DNA of 63,914 nt, the filler included, from Reticulomyxa filosa (Eukaryota; Protista; Foraminifera), in assembly GCA_000512085.1 (NCBI GenBank). It is 14 parts of 14 records of this genome, joined end to end, with 100 filler letters (N's around TTAATTAATTAA, not from the genome) between each part and the next. Parts side by side here need not be neighbours in the genome. Positions count along the whole stretch, not along the records: positions 32,020 to 53,763 come from ASPP01024359.1; 13 more parts are not named here. One strand, 5' to 3'. Numbering within the stretch: the stretch's first letter is position 1; the number at the start of each line of letters is the position of its first letter. Below, piece after piece: positions 39,779 to 52,711 of the stretch. The notes beneath the pieces were generated by a model, which was not told the origin of the DNA, did not search any database, and worked only from the letters and a program-made list of their open reading frames with translations. The position numbers and the translations under genes were made by a program.

Positions 39779-40437
39779 TAATCCTAATCATAGCCCTTTG
39801 AGCTATTATCACTATGACGAAGGAAGTGTCAGCCACAAAAATAAGAGCCGAAGCAAATTCAAACACAAGACGGTCGAGGAGTCACTATCAAGCGAGCTGA
39901 TTCAACAGCAAAGAAACCAAATCGAACATATGCAAATGGTTTATGCCAAAGAACTGTCACATATGTCTATGAAAGTCCAACAATTAAGTGACGAAAACGA
40001 AATCCTGAATGTCAAATTGAACCAACTCAACGAAGAATTGCATGTATAGTCTCTCTTGTCTTGTCTGTGCACAATTTCCGTTACACGTTTTATTTGTATT
40101 GATATACGTATAGAGATTGATCTCCTTGACAAAATTACAAGCTACTCAAATTGAATTTCTTCAGCAAAAGGCAATCAAACAAGAAGGGAGTGCAATGGCC
40201 TCCACATCTTTGGCGGTGACAGACAATACTGCCAATACTGTACAGCCATCCATCGATGTTCGTGCTGGTGACAATAATGAATTCGATCAAGTACAACAAC
40301 GAATTCAGCATATTGTCGAACAAACTAAACAAAAACAAATCAAACAAAAACAAACTATTAAAAGTCAAATCAACGAAGATATCAATTCTGCAAATACAAA
40401 TGAAGCTGAGCACGATATTGAAAATGGTGGAATTTGA
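38102..40437 (+). CDS. Coiled-coil protein, multi-exon
   Basis: Successive heptad-rich ORFs (38211-38564, 38934-39320, 39429-40049, 40117-40437) separated by GT..AG introns. Confidence 0.65.
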
Positions 40438-40828
40438 CAGAAGCTGCTGTTTATTATTATTTTCTTTTTTTTTTTAAATATAATGTACGCTTTTTGTTTC
40501 GTTTTTTCCCTTGGCCATTCATTATTGCTGCTTTTAAAAAATGTTGGTTCTTTTTCACTTATGCACAAATGCACCCGAATTGTTTAGCATGTATTTTTTT
40601 TTCAACTGCAAAAAAATAATATACTGTAGTGATATAATTCATCGTTGCAGATAATAGAAAAATATCTTGCAATACTTTGTTATTGTATAATTGAATACGG
40701 GCACTTGTTCAGAGGGGCTGAAAACACAAAGTTTGAAGAAAAGATTATAATCGACAAATTGATTGAGTTTTAGATCTCACAAAATATTATTACATTTTAT
40801 TTACTTGTGCAGATTTCTCTTTGTCCAA

Positions 40829-41257
40829 ATGGAAAAAGCCAACAAGGACCTACAAAAAAAATCGGTGAATATAGAGGAGGAAATCAAAGCAAATAATCGC
40901 GAGAATCGTATTTTTGCTTTTCTTTTTGTTTTGTGTACGTTTATTTGGTGCTACCGCGATCTAATTCAAGTAAGCAAGCCTATCTGGCCGCCGTGGCTAT
41001 ATCCATCACCTACAAATTCCTCGATATCTGAAGACAACAAGGCCCCAACGACGCACGTGGATGAATGTTATACCTATATTCGAAATATTACTCTGCTCGC
41101 TTTTGATTGGACCAAGATGGGCCAAATTGAAGTAGATCTGGACATACACATTTTTGAAGCAAATACAAACCGAATACTTACTTGCGATAAGCATAACATA
41201 ACATGTGCGCATCATCAGCTCAGGATGACGTTACAGGAGACAATGATATTGCCTTAA
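40829..41257 (+). CDS. Small hypothetical single-TM protein
   Basis: ORF from ATG 40829 with hydrophobic segment IFAFLFVLCTFIWC. No family recognised. Confidence 0.4.
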   Translation: MEKANKDLQKKSVNIEEEIKANNRENRIFAFLFVLCTFIWCYRDLIQVSKPIWPPWLYPSPTNSSISEDNKAPTTHVDECYTYIRNITLLAFDWTKMGQIEVDLDIHIFEANTNRILTCDKHNITCAHHQLRMTLQETMILP

Positions 41258-41758
41258 CAAAGGAAATGAATACAATTGTGTCATAATTTTGACGGCTGTG
41301 AAACTTATTTAATATTTTATGAGAAGAGTTTTATTCATTAAGCACTCTTTTTGGATTTTTTTCAAATTTTGAAACATTTGTCTGTTTCTTTCTTTAATGA
41401 GTAGATATGAAGAAATTCGTTAGTTTTTTCGATTATCAAAGTACAACAATGTAAAAACAAGAATGACCAATATCGGAATGTCTCAAAACACACTTTTTGA
41501 TAAATTAGACCACATCACTAAAAAAAAAACATGACCGTTATGTCAGTATCCGCAATTACACTGCTCTTTACAATTGAGGTCATTTCAAAGAAAAAGTAAA
41601 CAACACTCGCTATTTTGAACTGACATAACTAACTTTCGACCTAAAAATACTGAAAAGTTGTGAAAACGAATGTAGAAATGGATAGTCAAGTCCATGAGCT
41701 TTTTTTAAAGTAGATACAATAGGTCAGCACAAATAACAAATCTGGGAAAAATGATAGG

Positions 41759-44700
41759 TTACGTATGGCATGAAAGTGCGCTTTTAAGCAGGTGATTAAA
41801 AATGACGACTGAAAGTGAAATTACAGCGACAGCTTGCCATTCATCGACATTTAAAGGGGACGTAGAAAAGATGTGATTGAAAAATGGGACATGAAAAATA
41901 ATGAACTGCAATAACAAATGATAACTCAATGGGAATATCATCCATAAGCAGCTGGAAAGACTAACTTTCGAGACTAGCTGATCACCTAGCCACAGCATGA
42001 AAAATATTAACGCTTTGATCCATAACACAACCGATAAAGACATAGAGTATGGCCTTAAATCACTGAAAATGGAACAGTCTCCTTTCCACTCGGCAAAACT
42101 ACACAATTGTTTTCACACACAGAAACAAAGGATAACAGATTTGGAAACATGCATATCTTTGTTTGTTTTTTTTTTTGTCGACTTTAAACTAGAATCTCGC
42201 AGTATCATCTGACTGACCACACAAATGAAAGTGAGTGAGTTGTTGAAAGGCGACGTGCGGTCCATTGGAATACCAACAAAACCACCAGCAAAAGGCAAAG
42301 ACAGCAGCAAGTGCAGTGTGAGCAGCAAAAAGGGCACATCTCAGGAACGTCCATCGATCAATCAAATTATGTTGAGAAGTAGAGCTAACAGCGATGTTTT
42401 GCAATGTCATTGTTTTCTCTTGTTTTCGTTTGAAAGCATACGCTGTGGTAAAAAGTCCCTCAATAACTAAGGTGAGCATAAGCAATTGATTGGAAGTGAA
42501 AAGCAGAGGGAATCCAAGAATTGCACAAAAGCACACGTATAATACTTTGGCAATGTTGGAATAAAATACAAAGAAAATCAATTTCTGAATGTGTCGAAAC
42601 GCCATTTTGGCTTCCATGATCACGTCCACCAGATGGTCAAAGGCATTGCTGGTTAATACCACGTTGGAATGATGTCGTACAGCTTGTGCACCACAGCCAA
42701 TTCCATTGTTGTTTGTGTATCGCAACCAGTGAATATCTTGCATTTCCGTCGCGGTCATGACAGCCACACGGCCATGTCTGTGCGCTGACAAAAGTAAGTA
42801 TCGCTTGTGATAAGATGCAAGTTGTGAAAATAACAACAGTGGACTATATTGTATAACGTCGTCTTGCTGGGCTTGATACCACTCCATCAAATGTTTTCCA
42901 ACAAACGATGCGCCGCTCAAATCTTGGTCGCAATTGAATAAACCAATTCGACGCGCCATGTCTTCGGCGACTCGTTTGTTTTCGTTGGTTGTTACAATGA
43001 CATGGATATTCGATTGTTTACAAATTTGCAGGGCCTTTTCCAAGCGTTGTCTCGGAGGGGTGTACATACCAATCATCCCAATAAACGTCAAATTGTTTTT
43101 CGTATTTAACACGCCTTTTGTTGTTTGTCCCAGCGATCGAAAGGCAATTCCCAAAGTATGGAGTCCCTCGCAATTCAATTCGTGGTAAGCCTGAAGGATT
43201 TCACGCTTGCAAATGTCAGTCAGTGTCGTCACTTGATTGTCTGCAAACACGTGCGCACATTGCTGTAGTAAGTCTTGCAGAGGCGCTTTGACGAGCAACC
43301 AACCGTCATTTGTTTCCACGTCCCGAACATACACACTCACACTATTTCTGACTCCACTTAGCCTTGTCACTTTTTCCCGTTTCGTGTGTTTATGCCAATA
43401 CTCATTTACACTACCATACACATTACTTTGTTCGTTCAACTCACATCCTGCGTCAGCGTCTGCGTCTGTGCGTGGCAAACCCAATTTTTGCACTAACACT
43501 TGGAGTGCCCGTTCGATTGCTCGGGCTTTCCAATCCCAATCGCTATTTTCATCCTTTTTTTCATTTTTTATTTTTATATGATTGAGAGTCTACTCCAAAT
43601 TTTGCAATGAGTGGCTCTGCATGTACATGTGTGTGTGTGTGTATGACATATCTGCGTACATACGCAAAACACATACAAAACAATCGTTTGTGGGAGAGAG
43701 AGGGGACGGTTCGGAATGGCATAAGCACGCTACTTTCGAAATCCATTGCAGCGACGGTTTTTTGCAGGGAAACGAGAGGCACTCATTTACTTGGAGGTCA
43801 ATTACGCCCCCATTTGCATCTGACGTATCACTTGTAACTTTGTACCAATGTAATTGAACGCCGTTTGAATCAACGCTTCCTACTGTCATCACCTGAGTTC
43901 ATATTGCCATTTCGAAGCGATTTGTATCATAAGGAGGAAGGAGGAAGGGGGAAAGGAGAGAAGGAAACAAGCTTATACATACATCTCACACACATATACG
44001 TACACGCATATACACACAGAACTTTGGACGGAGTCGTTTCATCGACAGCCAATAATGCAGTGAGATCCGAGCAAATGACGTCGGCGAACACAAGTTGACA
44101 CATGGAATACAGATTTTTAATAAACACCTTATGTTTCGACATTGCAAAAGCATGCAGCATGAGGCAAATGTGAAGAATGGCTTCCAACCTTTCTGGAGTG
44201 GCTGCGAATACCAACGCAAGAACAAAATGACAACAATCAAACATGTCATACGCACGATCTTGATTTAAAAGACAGGCCAGTACGCCAGCGACAAATGCTC
44301 CGTCCCATAGCCACTTCATCTGCTTCTCCAAGATCGCTTCGAAGCCAATCTCGTCAGGTCGCAGAAAACCACTTTGAAGTCGATGTGCGTACGTATTCTC
44401 TCCGGTCGCTATCACGATCCCACGGCATTTTCCACGGGTTATTATACTTTCCTTTTTTTTTTTTTTTCTAGATCAACATAATGAACAAACAAAAAAAAGT
44501 CCACATAAATGCATAAACAAACAAAAAGTTTAAACTCGAAACTGCAAAAAGGGTAAAATACCTGCGCTCATGATCATGACCAAAATTTCTTTCGGATTCG
44601 AAGGTGTCCTCTGACCATTTGCGTATTGGCTGCACATCTCCGGTGATAACCGATTCATCACATTCGAGAACTCCTGACTCCAAACTTGAAATCCAGCAAT

Positions 44701-45376
44701 CTGCGGGCACAACATCACCTGCGCTGATAAGTAGCAAATCACCCGGAACTAACAAGTTGTACTTCACTTCTTGGACTTTATTGTCACGAATCGTAGTTGC
44801 CGTTGTTTCATTTACTCCTCGTACATTCTATTTGTTATTTCATTTTGTTGTTGTTGTTGTTGTTGCTGTTGTTTTCTCCTCCCTCTTTCCTCTTTCCCCT
44901 CTTCCTACCTTCCTTCTTCACAAATGTGCAAGGATGTATTGTTGAGCCTAACTTCCACTATTTGATCAAGCCATACGTCGTACCACACTCCGACCAAACT
45001 ATCACCGATCAAAAGTAATAATGTCACCACTGAATTGCTGACTACCTCGGCAAATGGTCTGTCTCTAGCTAGTGCTACTAGCACTAACAGCACAGTCGCT
45101 GCAAACATGAATTTCCATAAATCTCCAAATTGCATGAAAAAACGAGATGTGAATGATGGTTCCCATCGGCAAGTACATTCTTTTTTTTGTTTGTTTGCAT
45201 TCTTTGTAAATTGAAAAAAATTAGACGACCATACATTCTAAACTCTTTGCACCGTATACGAACAAGTTCTTTTGTACTTGCTGCCAAGTAAATCCGGTCA
45301 CTGGATCAGTCCCAAAAAATTCCAATACATCTTTTATCGTTTGAAATTGGTCAATTTTTATTTTATCTGCGTTCAT
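41759..45376 (-). CDS. SERCA-like (P2A) P-type ATPase homolog with degenerate catalytic motifs; multi-exon
   Basis: Colinear SERCA landmarks: VLEFFGTDPVTGFT, QFGDL, LVPGD..GDVVPAD, DESVITGD, AATPERL, VICSD, LTFIGMIGMYTPPR, ARRIG, SNIAKV, QLLMLTLVIEG, YSNGPHV..QLTHF, DCSIF and VPFFNHIFSTSPL. Confidence 0.88.
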
Positions 45377-45645
45377 TTCGAACTAGCCTTCTTCACAAGT
45401 ACGGTGAATTTTCAACTTTTTTAAAAGTTGTTCAGAAAGGATCAGATCAAATATCGAAGAGAAGGAAAAAAGAAGATGATATAACCCAGAATTAAGTTGT
45501 ATCGTTTCCCCTAAATGGAAAAATATGTTAATTTAGCAGAATGCAGATGTAAATGAAATCTCAACAGGAGGTACCCGGACTTGTTCCTCTGTCCCTCTCG
45601 TTTTGTGGTTGAAATAAAGTGTGAACCCTCAAACATTGTGTCGAC

Positions 45646-48469
45646 ATGGGTTGTTGCACGAGTAACTCCAATGCAATGGATTTAGCTAATTCATCCCTTC
45701 GTCCAGAAAAAATGCCAAAAACGAAGGAAAATGACCAGGTCAAAAGTGACCTTTCGACAAAGGTGAACAAAAAACCCGAAGGGGTACCAGCAACGGATTC
45801 ACAAGCAACACAGCCGAATAAAGAGTTGGCAAAGGAGAATGCAGCAGCAACACAAACAACGTCCAACGACACCTTGAACGGGGAAAAAAGACCACGAACT
45901 CGAACAGAATGGGAGATAATTCACCAAGTTCAACAGCAAAGTGCGGAAAAGGACAAGACACAAAACCAAAATGTAAAAATTATATTTTTTATTAAAAAAA
46001 AAGTGGAGGGTGAAGAAGAGAAGAGGTAGGGGTATAGGTATATGTATATGTATATAAAAAAAATATATAAAGTACAATACGTACCAAAAAAAGGGTCAAA
46101 GATTGAAGCGCATTTTTTTTGTAGTTTTGTGATCATCTCTGTCACTATGAAATAAACAACCAAACAACAATAGAATATGATGGTGGGTGACTTATTAGAA
46201 CTTCGATCCCAAACAAGTCTAGCATATGGAGAAAAAGAGATGGGTGACGAAGATGAAGTTAATACAGTTGTATCTATTCTAACTTTTTTTGGATAGTGAT
46301 TGCCAAGATCTCTTTTATTTATTTTTTTTTAAAAAAAAAGGGGTCACCATTTGCAAAGGACGAAGACACAGGTTTGACGAATGATCGTTTGTTGGAATTG
46401 TTCAATCGATATGGGACCAATATAAACCTGGCGCACCATTGGAGTGTGAATGGAGGAAACAAAGCAGACACATTAGAAAAGCCAAGCAAAGACCGTTCCA
46501 GCAGACAACAAAGCTCGTTGATCTATCACGCCGCTTTGGAACCATTGTTGAGAAGTTTCGATTTCGAAAGAAACAAAACATGGTTGTTTTTTTTCGTTTT
46601 GACTTTTGCAATCCGTACTGCATATATGTATATATGTACATATATGTATATGTGTGTGTGATGCACAATGGAAGGCGATAGTGGGGACCTAGCCTCGGGT
46701 CAGTCTATGTCCAATCTGACTGCGACGAAAGACAAAGATATTCGCATCAGCGTAAGTGAAGACCGCGTGATTGGACTGAACACGTTGGAAGACACTCACA
46801 CTTTGAACGTGTCCGAGATTTGGGAAAAGCGCATTTCATTTGAGTCATTGTGTTATTGTTTGGAGGACCTGAAAATCAAATGGAGTGCCAACGGCCTGCA
46901 AAAACTATTCCGACACAATGACTTGGACAGACAGCAACATCTCACCTACTATCAATTTCTATTCACTTTGCATTGCTTGTCACCACAAATGAAAGCTATT
47001 TGGCAGCCCTTGCTGGTTTGTTTTTATTTCATCATATGCAAACCAATCCAATACCAAATACATTATCATATATATATATGTACATAATTGTTTGAAATAC
47101 TTTCGAATGAAGAATTCATTTAAAAAAAAAAGGGAGGTGAAAGTAATGAATGGTACAAACACCTGCCTTTGAATGAGTACAATGTTCGAGGAGAGTATCA
47201 ACTGCGAGAGTGTGTCGACTTACTCCAGTTGGCATTGAAACGCGAGCAAAGTAAAACTCGATCGTATGCAGACGGAGCAGTCTTTACTATGGATGATTAC
47301 GTTTTTCTTTCTCATCAAATTGTCAAACATGTCTTGCAAATGCGTGACAGCTTTCAACATTTTCCTCCTTTTTTTCAAAATGAATTGTGGTCTATTTATC
47401 AAAAATTAGTTTAGTTTATATATGTATATATGTATATTATATTAATGATGCCCAACGTGGACCCCTTAAAAAAAAAAAAAACAATTTGGAGAGGGATCGA
47501 TGTCAAATTGTTTGTTTTTTTTTTTGTTGACAGTTGGATCACAGTACTCCAATGGTCCGGTTTTATGCTTGCATTCATTTGGCGACAATGTTTTTTAGAC
47601 ATGCAGGTCGAGGATGAGACAAAGCAATGCAATATTTGTTGACTTTGTATTGCCTTCTCTTCTTCGTTTACAACAAAGCATACGAAATATAAACACAAAG
47701 ATGGAACCGAAGGATTTGGAGAGTTGGTGTTGAATGAACTTTGGAAGCAATATGAAAAACCATCAGTCGCGGTAAAGTACTCCACGATGTATTGCATGAT
47801 AGTCGTGATGAAGTCTTTGCCTCGGGTCACTGCGACTTCGGTGGAACAGACCTTACAGGCTTGTCGACAAGACAAAAGCCTTCTCCATAGCACAGCTGGC
47901 GTACATGTCCTTCTGACATTTCTGTCGCGAATGGATTTACAAAGTTTGTTTATTTGTTTGTTTGGTATGAACAAACCAAAACCACTTATAAACTGAGCGT
48001 GCAATCTTTGTACGATCAAAGGAATGGAAAATCACGAGGAATTGTCGAAGCATATCACCGAAGCAGTGACGTTGGTGTTAAGTCGGAACGACGCTAATCA
48101 TAAAGAGGCCGCGCAAGCGCTGATGGAATTGCAAAACATTCATTCCGGACTCGCCAACAAGTTTGACATGTGTTTTTATTAAAAAACGGGGGAAGGCAAG
48201 AGTTGTTGCGGCGTGGTCGAAGCCTCACTCTAACATACGCATACACACACACATAACATTGCGTTTGACAATAGTGTGACTCAACGTATGTCTACTAAGG
48301 TGCAAAACGAAGTCCAACGCATCAAAGGCAGACAGACGGCCAATGAACGTTATATTGCATTTACTCAAAATGTCCAACTTGATTCCAATATCAAAATCCA
48401 GAGTGCGACTGCTCATGATGTAGATGACAGTGACCTTGATAGTGAGATCGATGGCGATACTACTAATGC

Positions 48470-48502
<33 letters not shown>

Positions 48503-51106
48503 TGAAAGCAATAATGATAAACCCTCAAAAAAAAAAGCAAAGCTAGTACGAAAAGCAACGCTGCAAGACACAATGTCGATGAAAAAAGCATACTTTGAAT
48601 ACGAAAAGCAAAAAAAGAGCTGGGCACAAATGAAAGAACTGGTGAAACAATACGACGACACAAACAGCGGTTTCTTGGAATCGGAAGAAATATATGGGAT
48701 TTTGGCGGATATGAACTTTACTTACTCTGATATCCAGCAATGTATGCACTGCACATAACACCATATATTACACCATATATTACACCATATATTACACCAT
48801 ATATTACACCATATATTACACCATATATTACACCATATATTGCACCATATATTGCAAGTAAATAAATAATGAAAAACATGATAACAATAGGCATGGAGGA
48901 GCTATATAGCAAGCAATTAATAAACGCGGAAAAGTTAATAGGCAGCGAAGCCTTTCTGGGCTGGTACAAAGAAAACTTTATAACACTGCCAATCGAATCG
49001 CATTTGGATAAAAGCGCAGCGGACAATTGGACGGGTGGCAAAGTGACAATTTTGATGTCAAGTCCTCGAGAAAAGGAGCTTCCAGGACTGTCGAAGCAGC
49101 CATCGCGAATACGCGTGTTGGTGGACAGTGATGTGAAAGATCCAACCAAAGAAGCCGAAAAAGATAAATCGAATCAAACTGAAAAGCCATCGACGGGCAC
49201 ACCATTGCCGTTACAATCGAATACGGTCAAGGACTATCGACCTGTTAGCGCTCCATCCTCGCCGCTTCCTGGAAATGACAATGCTGTTTGTTTGTTTGTG
49301 TGTTCTTGAATGAAATATATATCAATAATAATAATAATAATAATAAGAAACGACTTTCAAATCGTGTGAAACGCAAATCAATGATGATGGAACGCAAACA
49401 AATCGACATAATATTGGACTCATTCGCCAATGGCCATGGATATATCGACAACAAGGACCTGGACAAGATATGGGAACAACTAAAGGATTCCATCGGCAAT
49501 CGAACAATTGCCGAGTGTATCCAGGAATTGGACAAAGCCAACACGGCAAAATCAAAAAGCAACAACTATCGAAATGGTGGTTTGACAATAAAAAACGCAA
49601 GTCAAAGTGGAATCCCGATTAAAGCAAATTCTGCAAACCATCACTGACGAAGATATTCGAGTGGCTTTCAACAAGGTCGATATCGAAAACTCTGGCAAAA
49701 TTCATTTCACCGCTTTTTGTTACGCCTTGGAAGATCTCAATATTCGTTGGGGAATCGATGAAGCCAAGGCCATCTTCACCAAACTCGACGAGCACAAGAC
49801 CAAATACATCGACTTCCAAGAGTTCAAACAGGGGCTTTTTGAAGTCAATGGCGACCAAATGGAATCCTTTTGGTTGAGACTCTTAGTTATGTCAACAACA
49901 CACTTTTTGGATTCATTCAAAAAAAGGGCACTTTGATTCATTTAAAAAAAAAAAAAAATTGAAAAGGGCAAGGAAAACACTCAAGAAGCAATTCATGGAA
50001 AAGAAGACCTTCGAACAGACGCATTTGAAAACGAAGACGAAAACAAGGAGCCGATGACATTGGAGGAAATACTGCCAATTATCGATAACAAAAAGTCGGA
50101 TTGGAAAGAGCGACTACGCGCATTGCGCGACTTGGCATTGCATTTTACCAAAGATGCAGGCTCTCATTTGCACAAAACGCCTTCAGAGTTCCAGCAAGAA
50201 ATGGAACGCTTCAAGGAGCCATTGGCATTGCAAATATTGGAAATGCGATCTGCGGTTTGCCGTGCGGCATGTCAATATACTGCAGAAATTATCATTTTCC
50301 GCAAACAGCAAATGCTGCCTTTCGTCCCATTCTTGTTGCACAAGCTGTTTGAAGCTCGTCGCAACTCCATCAAGGTCATTGCTGAGAGTGCCTACAACTG
50401 CGGCCAAGTCATGATCCAAAATGTCTCCGACAACGATCAACACATCCTTTTGGACACACTCATTGCCGAGTTCGACACCAAGTTCGCTGTCGTGCGCGAA
50501 ACTATCTTGGAGTACGTCGAAATTATTGTCCAACAGACTACTGATAGTTTTGTCCTTTGCTTTGATATTTGAGCAATCAATCAACAAACAACAAACAATA
50601 AATCATAAATCATAAATCATAAATTATAAATCATAAATCATAAATGCAATTCGTTATATCCAAAAAGACAAAAAGGATGATCCCTATTTCGATAAAATCG
50701 AGTCTTTGCTGACCAAAGCCATTGCAGATGCTGATGGTAAAGTTAGGACTCAGGCATTCCAAACGTTGGCGTCGCTATCGTTTGTGGATGAACCCAGAAG
50801 TCGCAAGTGAGAACTCTGTCATGACCACATTAATAATATAACATATACTTCTACTCACGTACTCGATGTTTTCTGTTTGGATTGATTTGTTCTTTTTCAA
50901 ACAGAATAATGGATGAAATGTCGAATGCAGCAAAAAAGAGATACGCTGCAGTTACTGGACATTCGGCGGACAACAAAAAAAAAACGGCAAAGAAAACAAG
51001 ACAGCCCGTTACAACTAAAAACAATGATCAGCGAGAACAAGAAGCTGTTGAAAAAAATGACGAAAAACAGATTAGTGATGAAAATAGTCCTAAGGAAAAA
51101 ATTTAA
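45646..51106 (+). CDS. Large N-acylated protein with several EF-hand pairs and HEAT/TOG (CLASP_N-like) domain(s); multi-exon
   Basis: N-terminus MGCCTS. EF-hand-like loops DDTNSGFLESEE, DIENSGKIHFTAF and DEHKTKYIDFQEF. TOG-like SDWKERLRAL..ILEMRSAVCRAAC..IKVIAESA..AVVRETILEY..AIADADGKVR. It could be more than one gene. Confidence 0.7.
48758..48853. repeat. Intronic minisatellite, about 8 copies of the 12-mer ACACCATATATT
   Basis: Directly visible tandem repeat inside a GT..AG intron of the EF-hand/TOG gene. Confidence 0.9.
50598..50645. repeat. Intronic 7-mer tandem repeat (TAAATCA)n
   Basis: About 6-7 near-perfect copies are visible. Confidence 0.8.
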
Positions 51107-51478
51107 CTATTTTTTTTTCTTTTTCTGTTATTTTTGTTGTGTGGAAATATATGGAGAAGTTCATTAATATGCTTCATTTGTTCCAAATGCGTGAGATCAC
51201 CTTTTTTTTTTTGGTGATTTTTTTTTTTTTTTACGAGAATATGTTGTTTGTTTCTTATGCTTTTTTTGGTGTGGTACAGTTATGTCTGATTGCAGGGAAA
51301 GTTAGTCTTTTATAAACTTAAACCAAGTCTGTTTTAAGTGGCATAACTTTAGTTGTTAAAATTTTTTGTCTTGTGGGTTACAAAAGCACCATTTTATCAA
51401 AACAAATACCTTTCAGTAACACAGACGGAAAAAAAACTAGTTAAAAAAGGGATCGCTAATAATATTGTGCCGAGAGGA

Positions 51479-52711
51479 ATGGGTAGTTGTACTTGTATAG
51501 GTGATCCTCAGGATGAAATGGTGGGAGAAGAGCTAGCGGAAGCAAAGCGAAAAGACAACATGATCTTGAAAGTACTGTTATTAGGAGCCGGAGGAAGTGG
51601 AAAATCAACCTTTTTCAAACAGCTCAACAATACCTATGGTGAAGGATACTCTGAGTTACAACGAAGTGTGTATAAGATACAAATCTATCGACAAATAGTG
51701 GAAAATATGCAACAACTGATTATCCAGAGTGAACAAATCGAAAAGGGATACCTGGTATCAGGTAGTGACGAGGAAGACGTGAAAACAATAGGCATCGACT
51801 CAAAGGAGAAGCATTTATATGCAATGGACAAATCCTTTGCAACAGCAGCGAACTATGTCTTAAAATTTCCTGAATTTGGGATCCTGGATGAGACAATAGT
51901 GAAACATATTAACAATTTGTGGAACAATTGTTACGTACATTTTAATTCTTCCAAAAAAAAAAAAAAAAGGGGCGTATGAACTCTGAAGTATTGCCAATAT
52001 TTGGGTGTTGGATTAGGTGAAGCTATTCATAGAATCTTTGAACATCGCAACAAACTTGCCGTGGCAGACTCGACAGAATACTTTTTTAAAAATATAACCC
52101 GAATTGGAGCGAAGGACTATGTGCCAACAACCGAAGATGTGCTGTTGGTGCGATATCGCACGACGGGGATGACGGAAAAGACGTTCGAAATCAATGCAGG
52201 ACGCATGAAGGTTGTGGACGTTGGTGGACAACGAAATGAGAGAAAAAAGTGGATTCACTGCTTTGAACACGTAAATGCGGTTATCTTTGTGGTTTCGTTG
52301 ACTTGCTATGACGAAGTTCCTTTTGAAGATGTCACCGATCTAAATGTCAGCATCTATGAAAAGAATAATATGATCGAAAGCCTCGATGTGTTTGAGCATA
52401 CATTACGTTATCCCTGTTTCGAGGCTACCCCGTTCATTCTATTTTTTAATAAGTTTGACTTGTTTCAAGAAAAAATTAAACACACACCTATCACTCGAGC
52501 TTTTCCGGATTTTCAATCAGACACGGATGATGTCCAACTTTCCATTGATTACATACGCCAAAAGTTTTTAGACAAAGCATCGCCCACTAGCACTCGTCCT
52601 TTTTTTACCCATGTCACTTGTGCAACAGATCAAGAAAATGTTAAACGAGTTTTTAATGATGTGCAAGTCTGTCTCGTTAGTTCCAATTTGGGCGGTGCTG
52701 ATCTAGTTTAA
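51479..52711 (+). CDS. Heterotrimeric G-protein alpha subunit, 2 exons
   Basis: Acylation N-terminus MGSCTC, GAGGSGKST, RYRTTG, DVGGQRNERKKW, NKFD and TCATD. Intron about 51930-52016. Confidence 0.96.

Noticed and set aside
48758-48853. 12-mer repeat as a CRISPR array or coding GVIY repeat
   Set aside because: There are no spacers, and it lies within an intron of the + strand gene; it is a simple minisatellite.
737-52711. Alternative genetic code or stop-codon reassignment
   Set aside because: Conserved genes translate cleanly with the standard code once GT-AG introns are removed, and TAA, TAG and TGA all serve as terminators.
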